A stretch of 64,000 nucleotides of DNA from Candidatus Uhrbacteria bacterium. GTDB lineage: Bacteria; Patescibacteriota; Patescibacteriia; UBA9934; GWF2-40-263. Position numbers and translations under genes: made by a program. This document shows, piece after piece, positions 48,438-57,037 of this stretch. The notes below the pieces were generated by a model. The model was not told the DNA's origin, made no database searches, and worked only from the letters and a program-made list of their open reading frames with translations. Where the stretch lies: the NCBI GenBank assembly GCA_016844925.1, contig JAERTI010000043.1, positions 2,386 to 66,385 on the forward strand, written 5' to 3'. Each line of letters opens with the position of its first letter. The first letter of the stretch is position 1.

Positions 48438-49127
48438 ATGGGAAACATGACCCATATGCTCCTGCTGCTGGACGGAAAGGATCGTCTCAATAGGTGGATG
48501 GCTGAGAATCCTGGAGAGGAACTGGATTATCAGCGCGCGACACTGAGGGGCATTGATCTGGAGTTCATGAAGCTCCGTGCCACCTTTGTCCGCGCAGATC
48601 TGACGGGCGCCCGGCTGAAAGGTACGGATCTGACAGCGGCAGACATGCGGTCCTGCAGACTCGGTGGCGCTGACCTCACAGATGCCAACCTTCGCGGTCT
48701 GAGCCTTTCAGGTGCCTACATGCCGCACGCCCGTCTCGATGGTGCGTGCTTGGTCGACGTAGATTTCCGTGGAGCGTCTTGCTACGGCGTGAGTCTCCAT
48801 GGGGCTGATCTGACGGGAACCATCCTCGATCTGAACCAGTGGGGAGCCGCCCTTCTCGATCGCTGGGATCGTGCGACGCAGCTTCAGCGCAGGTACATCA
48901 TGCCCATCCTCAGGCAGGCAGATCAGATTCGTATCTCGCCAGATGAGAATCAAAACCCGTGGACGAGAAATGGGTTGTTCCTCGCCAGGGATGACAGCTT
49001 CTCTCAGATGTGGAGCACCCGCGCTCTTAAGATACAGCTCTTCCTGGACTTCCTCTGGAAACATCGTGAGAATGATCTGCGGGCCATCGGGTTCAACGCT
49101 TGTCCTCAGGAGATCCCCTTGCACTAG
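48438..49127 (+). CDS. pentapeptide-repeat protein; paralog of 23197..23904
   Basis: ADLTGARL repeats; TILD...WD...REnDLRAIGFNACPQEI versus REKDLRALGHNTCPEVI. Confidence 0.82.
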   Translation: MGNMTHMLLLLDGKDRLNRWMAENPGEELDYQRATLRGIDLEFMKLRATFVRADLTGARLKGTDLTAADMRSCRLGGADLTDANLRGLSLSGAYMPHARLDGACLVDVDFRGASCYGVSLHGADLTGTILDLNQWGAALLDRWDRATQLQRRYIMPILRQADQIRISPDENQNPWTRNGLFLARDDSFSQMWSTRALKIQLFLDFLWKHRENDLRAIGFNACPQEIPLH

Positions 49128-49285
49128 TCGTTCAAAACAAGAATGACACTCTCTGATTCCGGGAAATGTACGCCCCGTTGAGTCAGACGGTCCCTCGAGC
49201 AGCACGTGCTCAAGGGAATCCATCCCACAACTTGATCGAACGGATCGAGTTGTGAGATGGGGTATGACCCCATAAAGGAGAAAGG

Positions 49286-49654
49286 ATGGATCGCGTGGTT
49301 GCACGTCTGATCACGTACGGGCTGTGCGCCTTAGCCTGCACTCTTCTCGGAGTGTTTGGTGTGTTGATGGCTGTGCTGATGCTCTGGCCGTTGGTGCTGG
49401 GAGCACCGTTCATGCCCGACTGGGCAAATGTTCTTGCGCCACTGGTCGCTCCGGTGTACTGGATCGGCTTCTACAAGCTCATTCCTGTACTTCGTAGGCC
49501 CCTGCTTGAGCTTCTGGGTTCGGCAACGGCGACCTTGGGCGAGTTCCTCGAAGATCAGTGGGTTACTCGTCTGGGTAACGGAGTGAAGTGGTGCGACGAT
49601 GACTTCATGGATCCTTTTAAGGAGGATCGTTCGAAGCCGTTGTCAGACAACTAA
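49286..49654 (+). CDS. membrane protein
   Basis: AAAGGAG SD; 2 TM. Confidence 0.65.
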   Translation: MDRVVARLITYGLCALACTLLGVFGVLMAVLMLWPLVLGAPFMPDWANVLAPLVAPVYWIGFYKLIPVLRRPLLELLGSATATLGEFLEDQWVTRLGNGVKWCDDDFMDPFKEDRSKPLSDN

Positions 49655-49867
49655 ACATACGAGAGCTGTGCTTGACTGCCGTCAGGCAGGACGAGACTCC
49701 GCGAGACCACACGGGTCCGCGTTGAGACCGAGCACGGCTTCCTCTCCGGACTTTCGAGTGAATCGAGGTTCCAGAGAGGGAATCGTTCCCACAACAAACG
49801 GCGGGAGTTCCGTCCCCGGCTCCGGGTAGGAGTGTCTTGATGCTACTCAGTAGCTAAAGGACATGGT

Positions 49868-50128
49868 GTGATTATTCTCGAAGGGTTGTTTATCGCACTG
49901 GTGTTGTTCATCAGGTTCAGCTTCAAGTTCTTCAGCATTGTGGCCGACCTAGCTACGGTGATGTACATGGTTTGCTGGCCGATTATCACCACGATGCTTG
50001 CCATCGAGTTGAGCATCCAGAATCAGCTTCTGGACCCCCTGGGGTCTACCGTGAACATCTTGGCCGCACTGGCCTTCTGCATCCAAATTCTCTGGTGGTT
50101 CGTCTTGCCCAGCAGGATCGGGCCGTAG
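49868..50128 (+). CDS. small membrane protein
   Basis: AAAGGA SD; hydrophobic. Confidence 0.58.
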   Translation: MIILEGLFIALVLFIRFSFKFFSIVADLATVMYMVCWPIITTMLAIELSIQNQLLDPLGSTVNILAALAFCIQILWWFVLPSRIGP

Positions 50129-50273
50129 AGATAATGGATGGCTACGCTGTGACAGACTCCGAGGGACGACCCCTCGTTGAGACTGGACACAGCGTCCCAT
50201 CTGACAGTTTGATCAATAGGATCGAGTTGTGAGATGGGAATTCTCCCTAAACCCGAGGAGGTATCCGGGAAAA

Positions 50274-50621
50274 GTGGAACGTTATTTTAAGAGGTGGCAG
50301 TTTCTTGCACTGGGCTCCGTCCGGGTGCTCACGGTTGCAGCCATGTTCTTGTACATCTACCTCATCTCGCATCACGCGATTTGGTGGCTGTACTTTCCGA
50401 TGATGTGCATTATTCAGGTCGACGCGCTGGCGTGCATTGTTGGTGTTCATGGCAGAAGACTCGAGGCTGCAGAGCGTTACGCAGAGAAGGGGACGGCCCA
50501 AAACCGAAATGCACTTATGAGTGCGACTTCTCCTTTGCGAATTCCGAGACTGCTTCGGGACAACGTCTTCATGCATCTGTCCGTATGGCTACTTTTCGTC
50601 CTTTCGTTGGTGCTACGATAA
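50274..50621 (+). CDS. membrane protein
   Basis: GAGGAGG SD; 3 hydrophobic segments. Confidence 0.6.
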   Translation: MERYFKRWQFLALGSVRVLTVAAMFLYIYLISHHAIWWLYFPMMCIIQVDALACIVGVHGRRLEAAERYAEKGTAQNRNALMSATSPLRIPRLLRDNVFMHLSVWLLFVLSLVLR

Positions 50622-51082
50622 AACAAGAATGAGCACCTCACGATCCCAGCGGGGTTGTTGATGCACAAGAGCGCGAACTCAAGCGCACGAGAGCTGTACT
50701 GAAGACTCCCGGTGACGATCACCGGTAGAAGTTACAGGACGGCTTCCTCTCCGGACTCTCGATTAAATCGAGGTTCCAGAGAGGGATTGGTTGCTGAGAG
50801 AATTCTCACATGACCGTTCTGAGACTTATTTTTGGAGGCATCATGTTGCTGTAGTGCACAGTCGATGGGGTAGCGGCGAGAAGGTTTATCCACGAGCGTA
50901 CGCGCTCAGTTCACAGGCGGGTCCGGAATAACGTCCGGTCACCCGCCGCCCTTGATCTGCTTGTGACACACGTCGCAATCAGATGGATGGGAATCATCTC
51001 TCAACTGGAGGACGAGTCATTCTTTCGTTCTCTTGTTGAGGGATGAACCCTTGCTCTGTTTACAAGCTGAAGGAGGCTGCTG

Positions 51083-52678
51083 ATGAGCACATTGCCCGAG
51101 AAGGTGCGCTGCACCGCTGGGTGCAGGCGCGAGTTTCCGCTGAACGCCCGCTACCCGGGCATCGACATTGCGATGCTCGTTGTTCCCGAAGAGGTTACGA
51201 GCGTGGAGGCGGCCCTCAAGGCTGCCAAGTGTCAGAAGTGCCTGTGTCTGACCGGTCCCATGGACAGGGGGCTGATGCAGGTCATCGACCAGCTGCAGTC
51301 GCCGACCAAGGACGTCTCCGTTTCGACGGGGGCTTCCGAGGAGACCGTGGAAGAAGACGAAGGCATCGACGCCGACGCTCTTCAGGCCCTGAGTTCCATG
51401 GGGCAGTCTGCCGGCCGCCCTGTGATGGTGGACGTCCGTGAGCTGGAGGGGACTCATCGCGGCCGCCCGGTTCAAGACGATCCGGACCGCCTGTCCCGTC
51501 GGGACGTGCGGGCCGCTCTGCGGGCACAGCCCAAGGAGCCCAAGGGTCCCTCGCTTCCCGAGGAGGCTCTGGAGGCTCTCGCCCAGGCTGGCGAAAGCGC
51601 TCGAGCGCGTGACGAAGCAGCGAAGCGTTCCAAGCTGGCGAGCTTCGGTGGCCTCATGGGGTCGCTGGGTCGCCGTCTGGAGGAGATTCGTCGTGTTGCG
51701 CAGTCCCAGAGGGTCGACAAGATGATCGACGACTTCTGGAGCAAGCTCGCTGAGGCACTCCCCAAGGATCCCAAGCAGCGCGGCAAGAAGAAGCTGCTCG
51801 CTCACCTGGGGACCAGTCACCAGGAGCTCCGTGAGCTCGACAAACTCTGCTACCACCACTGCTCCGTAGCACCCAGCGATGGGGACAACGGGCTGTGGGG
51901 GGTTCAGGGGGCACCGGGTTCGCACCTGGAACCTCGTGAAGGTGACCCGCTCTACAAGCAGATGCGTGGCAAGCCGACCATGGACATGGATCCGTTCCCC
52001 GGTGGGGAGCGTCCGGCACACTGGAGTGGGCGCGGCGAAGGACGTCGTCCCACGCTGGGACTGGTCTCGGTGGTGGGAGGATCGAGCTTTCCGGATCCGA
52101 ACCCGCCACGTGAGGTGTACGCCGGTCCCAAGATCGTCTACGCCGCGGACAAGACCTTCGTTCAGTTCAGCGATGACACGCAGGCCTACGACCAGCCGGT
52201 CCAGGGGCGTGGAACGCTGCGGCTGTGCGGCAAGGGCATGTACGCCATGATGGAGCGTACGCCGGAAGGCTGGGTGTACCACCCGTGTCTGCCCGGTGAG
52301 CAGGAGGCCGGTCCTCAGACGCTGATGTTCGTCAGGCTCGCCCTGCGGCGCGTCGACGGCCAGCTGGTCACGGCGAAGAAGCAGGAAGAGCTGCAGGCTG
52401 AGCGTGAAGCTGAGCTGAAGGCGCTGGAGGCTGAGGCTCGCGAGCGAGCCAAGTGGCTGATTGCGTGCATCGAGGTCAGTGATCAGGGGGAGCGAGCGCT
52501 TCCTCACGAGATCCAGATCGCGATCGGTCTGCACATCGGTGAGTACGACGACCTGCCTCGCGCACGTCCGGTGTACGCTCACCCTGAGATGAACGAGATC
52601 GAGGGTGGTGGTCCGGCCGAGGATGAGTCCATCGGACTCTCACCGCAGACCATCGACGGTGAGCAGCCGACGGCATGA
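51083..52678 (+). CDS. large hypothetical protein with N-terminal CxxxC/CxxC motifs (last in right array)
   Basis: AAGGAGG SD; 531 aa; strong GC3 bias. Confidence 0.75.
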   Translation: MSTLPEKVRCTAGCRREFPLNARYPGIDIAMLVVPEEVTSVEAALKAAKCQKCLCLTGPMDRGLMQVIDQLQSPTKDVSVSTGASEETVEEDEGIDADALQALSSMGQSAGRPVMVDVRELEGTHRGRPVQDDPDRLSRRDVRAALRAQPKEPKGPSLPEEALEALAQAGESARARDEAAKRSKLASFGGLMGSLGRRLEEIRRVAQSQRVDKMIDDFWSKLAEALPKDPKQRGKKKLLAHLGTSHQELRELDKLCYHHCSVAPSDGDNGLWGVQGAPGSHLEPREGDPLYKQMRGKPTMDMDPFPGGERPAHWSGRGEGRRPTLGLVSVVGGSSFPDPNPPREVYAGPKIVYAADKTFVQFSDDTQAYDQPVQGRGTLRLCGKGMYAMMERTPEGWVYHPCLPGEQEAGPQTLMFVRLALRRVDGQLVTAKKQEELQAEREAELKALEAEARERAKWLIACIEVSDQGERALPHEIQIAIGLHIGEYDDLPRARPVYAHPEMNEIEGGGPAEDESIGLSPQTIDGEQPTA

Positions 52679-52691
52679 ACACATGGGGCCC

Positions 52692-52735
52692 TGGGTTCCC
52701 CCGCTGACATACGCGTCCGCACGAACCCACTTTTT
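52692..52735 (+). terminator. terminator ending the right array
   Basis: tgggttc...gaaccca-cttttt. Confidence 0.55.
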
Positions 52736-53026
52736 ACCTGGGTATGACAGAAGTCATGCACAGATAGAAGGATGACATCTTGAATATTCTGACAGCGCTG
52801 TTACAATTCCGTGTGCTACCGGACTGAGTCTTCTCTAGAAGGCTGCGAAGTGGGGTACGACATTAACGACCAGATCTAAATCGCGAGCATAGGTTGCTCT
52901 CCGCAAGGATGAGCGACCAAAATCTCTCTCCTCATGCTCAAACGTTCTGACCTGGTTATTTTCTCTCGTCGTGGTCTCTCTCCGCAGCCTCCTACAGAAG
53001 AAGGGTCAAAAATGGCGAACTACTTG

Positions 53027-53242
53027 TGCTTCGGTGAACAAACGACTCACCGTACCTCTGGTACGGCTCCTCGCTTGCTCCCCTCCAGCAAGGCGTATTT
53101 CACTCATTTTTGACCCTTCTTCTTTTTGTTTGGCTAAAATTGGCGAACTGCTTGCTCTTCGGATGAAAACCACCTCACCGTACCTCTGGTACGGCTCGGA
53201 GGTCTTTCATCCTCCAGAGCGGCGCATTTCACCGAATTTTGG
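53027..53242. repeat. two tandem palindromic MITE/REP-like elements sharing CTCACCGTACCTCTGGTACGGCTC
   Basis: Identical 24-mer at ~53047 and ~53174; flanks AAAAT(T)GGCGAACT...TTTCAC..ATTTT. Confidence 0.65.
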
Positions 53243-53388
53243 ACGTTTCTTCTTTTTATTAGGTCAAAATGCTGTGGATAACGCGCTTCTTTCGCTCAAA
53301 TTAGGGGGCTTGGGACCCTAATTTGTCGCTTAGTTTAGGTAATACGGGCCTATTCTTGACAATCCACGGTTCATCCACTTTGTTGGGG

Positions 53389-53417
53389 TTGACGGTCGTG
53401 AAAACGCGTGTTACTAT
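53389..53417 (+). promoter_or_regulatory. sigma70-type promoter candidate for rpoBC
   Basis: TTGACG-N17-TACTAT with extended -10 TG. Confidence 0.55.
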
Positions 53418-53775
53418 CTGCCTGCATTCAGGTCGAGCGGAGCTAATTTTAGCGAAACTTGACAACCCGCGCCTCGTATATTGCTGAACGGTCAACCGGG
53501 TTCGGACATTAAGAGAAGCTCCTGGTCTCAATGGCACCCACCATGAAACCGGGTAACGACCCACTCTTTAATGCCCTTCATCTTCATCAATCATTAGTAA
53601 GTTGCCTCCTGAACAAGGAAGCACTTTTTTAGTTTATCGATCCTTTTAAAATCAGGCGATCTGCGGGCTTATGGGGCCCCGTCGGCTTGTCACCCTATTT
53701 AGATAGGGTTCTGGCGCCGACACCCCATGCACCCGCATCTCACCTAATTTTAAAAGGATCAGAATCAACCTAACT

Positions 53776-56700
53776 ATGCCCATTTATCGCCGTACCCCTG
53801 TTAAGACGCGCGAGCGTAAGGTCTTCGACAATGCGGTTAAGGACGCCATGGACGTCCCTGACTTGATCGAAGTGCAGCGCCGCTCGTACCGCTGGTTCTT
53901 TGACGAAGGAATTAAAGAACTTTTCCAAGAGATTACTCCAGTAAAAGACTTTATTGGTCGTGACTTGGAGTTGTACTTTGATGGTTACTACCTCGATGAA
54001 CCAAAGTTCGATGAGGATACGTCTCGTTTGAAGAACGTGACGTTTGAGGCCCCATTGCGTGTAAAGACACGTTTGGTGAACGTTCGTACAAAAGAGGTAA
54101 AGGAGCAGGAGATCTATTTGGGTGACCTGCCAATCATGACCCCTCGTGGAACCTTCCTTATTAACGGAGTGGAGCGTGTGGTGGTCTCTCAGCTTGTGCG
54201 TTCAGCTGGAGCCTTCTTTACCGCAGATGTCTACCGCGGTCGCCGTTACTATGGAGCGAAGATTATCCCGAACCGTGGGGCATGGCTCGAGTTTGAGACA
54301 GATCCAAAGAACGTGATCTGGGTAAAGATTGATCGTAAGCGTAAGGTGGCGGTAACAGCACTCCTTCGCGCTTTTGGTGTGACAGATGATGAGTCGATTA
54401 TCGAGCTCTTTAAGGATGTCGACATTCACCCAACAAATCACTACATCGAGGCAACACTGAATAAGGATGTTTCTACCAATGAGGATGAGGGTCTCATTGA
54501 GGTGTACAAGCGCATTCGTCCAGGTGACCGTGCCACAGCTGATAACGCTAAGGGGTTGATTCACTCGATGTTCTTCAACTTTGACCGTTACGACCTTGGA
54601 AAGGTGGGACGTTATAAGTTCAACCTTCGTTTTGATGACAACATCGATGAGGAGATGGTTGCAAAAGAAGAGAACCGCATTATCACGAAGGAAGATTTGG
54701 TGAAGATTATTCGTGAGGTGATTACGTTGAACATCAATCAGGGCGAACCAGATGATGTCGACCACCTTGGAAACCGTCGTGTGCGTGCCGTGGGTGAGCT
54801 TATTCAGGGACGCTTCCGCGTTGGACTCGCTCGTATGCAGCGCATTATTCGAGATCGCATGTCCACGCGTGACATCGAGTCTCTTACACCAGGAAAGTTG
54901 ATTAACGCCCGTCCTGTGATCGGAGCTATTCGTGAGTTCTTCATGTCCTCGCAGCTCTCACAGTTCATGGACCAGACCAACCCGCTGGCTGAGCTCGAGC
55001 ACAAGCGCCGACTGAGTGCCATGGGGCCTGGTGGACTTTCTCGTGAGCGTGCAGGATTTGAGGTGCGAGATGTTCACCCAACTCACTACGGACGTATTTG
55101 TCCGATTGCGACCCCTGAGGGACCAAACATTGGACTGATTGGTCACCTTGCCTCCTACGCTGTGATCAACGATTACGGATTTATCGAGACGCCTTACCGC
55201 AAGGTGGTGAAGGAGAAGAAGGGAGGTAAGATGGTAGCGCGTGTAACAGATGAGGTGGAGTACATTAACGCGTTTAAAGAAGAACGATCCGTTACTGTGC
55301 CGGCAACCGTTGAGGTGGATGAAAAAGGGTACTTCACAGATGAGTTTGTGGGAGCCCGTCGCTATGGAGAACCAAAAATCGTTCCTCAGGGCGAAGTGGA
55401 TTACATGGACGTCTCTTCAAAGCAGATCGTTTCCATTGGAACCGCACTCATTCCGTTCTTGGAGCACGATGACGCTACGCGTGCGTTGATGGGAACAAAC
55501 ATGCAACGGCAGGCCGTTCCGACGATCAAGCCGGACGCGCCTATTTGTGGAACAGGTTCTGAGTATCGCGCTGCACGTGATTCCGGTCACGTGGTAGTGG
55601 CAGAGCACACAGGTGAAATCACGGGCCTGCAGGGTGATAAAATTGAAATCACTGATGAGAAAAAGAACGTTACGAAGTACGAATTGAAGAAGTTCTTGCG
55701 TTCAAACAACTCAACATCGATTAACCAACGTCCTGTTGTGGACATTGGACAGAAGGTCATCAAAGGTGACGTGATTGCTGATTCAAGTGCCGTTGACCAT
55801 GGAGAGCTTGCACTTGGACAGAACTGTTTGGTCGCCTTCATGGCTTGGGACGGTTACAACTATGAGGACGCCGTCATTATTTCAGAGCGTCTGGTGCAGG
55901 ATGATCGCTTTACCTCTGTACACATTGAGAACTACACCATGGATGTTCGAGACACCAAGCTCGGCCCTGAGGTGGTCACTTCAGATATTCCAAACGTTTC
56001 AGAAGAGAAGTTGAAGAACTTGGATGCTGAAGGTGTGATCCGTGTGGGAGCTGAAGTGAAGTCCGGTGACATTCTTGTTGGAAAGATTACCCCTAAGGGT
56101 GAGACCGAGCTCAGTGCTGAGGAAAAACTTCTGCGCGCGATCTTCGGTGAGAAGGCACGAGATGTTCGTGACTCTTCTCTCTACCTCGAGCACGGTGAGC
56201 ATGGAACAGTTGTGGATGTGACAGTCTTCTCTCGTGAGGATGGCGACAAGCTTTCTCCGGGTGTGATCAAGTCCATTCAGGTGACCGTTGCTGACCTGCG
56301 TAAGGCGCAGGTGGGAGACAAGGTAGCTGGACGTCACGGAAACAAGGGTGTGATTTCCAAGATCGTGCCTGTGGCTGATATGCCGTACATGGACGATGGA
56401 ACCCCTGTCGACATCATGCTTACCCCACTGGGAGTTGTTTCTCGTATGAACCTTGGACAGATTCTGGAGGTTCACTTGGGACTGGCGGCAAACGCGCTTG
56501 GATACAACGTGAACACGCCGGTGCTTAACGGTGTACCTGAGGAGACCGTGTACGACGAGCTCGAGCGAGCAGGATTGCCACGTAGTGGTCAGCTGCAATT
56601 GTTTGATGGTCGTACTGGAGCAAAGTTTGAGAACCCGATTACCGTTGGGTACATGTACATCCTCAAGCTCTCTCACATGATTGAGGACAAGATGCACCAG

Positions 56701-57033
56701 CGCTCCATTGGTCCGTACTCGCTTATCACTCAGCAGCCGCTCGGAGGAAAAGCGCAGTCTGGAGGACAGCGATTCGGAGAGATGGAAGTTTGGGCACTGG
56801 AGGCCTACGGGGCCGCGCATATGCTGCAAGAGATTCTCACCATCAAATCTGACGATGTGCCAGGGCGCTCAAAGGCGTACGAGTCCATCATCAAGGGGCA
56901 ACCAATTACCAAAGTCAACATTCCGGAATCTTTCAACGTGTTGGTACGTGAGCTCAAGGGACTGTGTCTGGACGTAGAGCTGATGCGCGACGGTGAAAAG
57001 GTTGCTTTGCCGGGTGAGAAGAAACAGAAATAA
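53776..57033 (+). CDS. rpoB: RNA polymerase beta subunit
   Basis: [54 protein letters not shown]. Confidence 0.99.
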   Translation: MPIYRRTPVKTRERKVFDNAVKDAMDVPDLIEVQRRSYRWFFDEGIKELFQEITPVKDFIGRDLELYFDGYYLDEPKFDEDTSRLKNVTFEAPLRVKTRLVNVRTKEVKEQEIYLGDLPIMTPRGTFLINGVERVVVSQLVRSAGAFFTADVYRGRRYYGAKIIPNRGAWLEFETDPKNVIWVKIDRKRKVAVTALLRAFGVTDDESIIELFKDVDIHPTNHYIEATLNKDVSTNEDEGLIEVYKRIRPGDRATADNAKGLIHSMFFNFDRYDLGKVGRYKFNLRFDDNIDEEMVAKEENRIITKEDLVKIIREVITLNINQGEPDDVDHLGNRRVRAVGELIQGRFRVGLARMQRIIRDRMSTRDIESLTPGKLINARPVIGAIREFFMSSQLSQFMDQTNPLAELEHKRRLSAMGPGGLSRERAGFEVRDVHPTHYGRICPIATPEGPNIGLIGHLASYAVINDYGFIETPYRKVVKEKKGGKMVARVTDEVEYINAFKEERSVTVPATVEVDEKGYFTDEFVGARRYGEPKIVPQGEVDYMDVSSKQIVSIGTALIPFLEHDDATRALMGTNMQRQAVPTIKPDAPICGTGSEYRAARDSGHVVVAEHTGEITGLQGDKIEITDEKKNVTKYELKKFLRSNNSTSINQRPVVDIGQKVIKGDVIADSSAVDHGELALGQNCLVAFMAWDGYNYEDAVIISERLVQDDRFTSVHIENYTMDVRDTKLGPEVVTSDIPNVSEEKLKNLDAEGVIRVGAEVKSGDILVGKITPKGETELSAEEKLLRAIFGEKARDVRDSSLYLEHGEHGTVVDVTVFSREDGDKLSPGVIKSIQVTVADLRKAQVGDKVAGRHGNKGVISKIVPVADMPYMDDGTPVDIMLTPLGVVSRMNLGQILEVHLGLAANALGYNVNTPVLNGVPEETVYDELERAGLPRSGQLQLFDGRTGAKFENPITVGYMYILKLSHMIEDKMHQRSIGPYSLITQQPLGGKAQSGGQRFGEMEVWALEAYGAAHMLQEILTIKSDDVPGRSKAYESIIKGQPITKVNIPESFNVLVRELKGLCLDVELMRDGEKVALPGEKKQK

Positions 57034-57037
57034 GCCT

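Larger units (their letters stand above)
45532..50785 (+). repeat. ~9 diverged double-hairpin repeats (AGCTGTGC..GCACAGCT-TCCCATC..GATGGGA type)
   Basis: Approximate copies: 45532-45597, 46135-46197, 47070-47167, 47621-47716, 48266-48362, 49190-49262, 49664-49780, 50144-50239, 50692-50785. Confidence 0.75.
39239..52735 (+). mobile_element. right gene-cassette array (~22 co-oriented ORFs, ~17 double-hairpin repeats)
   Basis: Same repeat in + orientation; all supported ORFs on +; mobility inferred. Confidence 0.7.

Noticed and set aside
10963-50785. Classical integron attC sites
   Set aside because: No consistent RYYYAAC...GTTRRRY ends, a two-hairpin rather than single-hairpin geometry, and no intI in the window. 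A formal IntegronFinder run is still needed.
10592-52735. Prophage or ICE
   Set aside because: No structural, terminase, integrase, relaxase or replication genes are recognisable, and core ftsK/rodZ sit in the middle.
53273-53281. Replication origin
   Set aside because: Only one perfect DnaA box; no dnaA/dnaN or box cluster.
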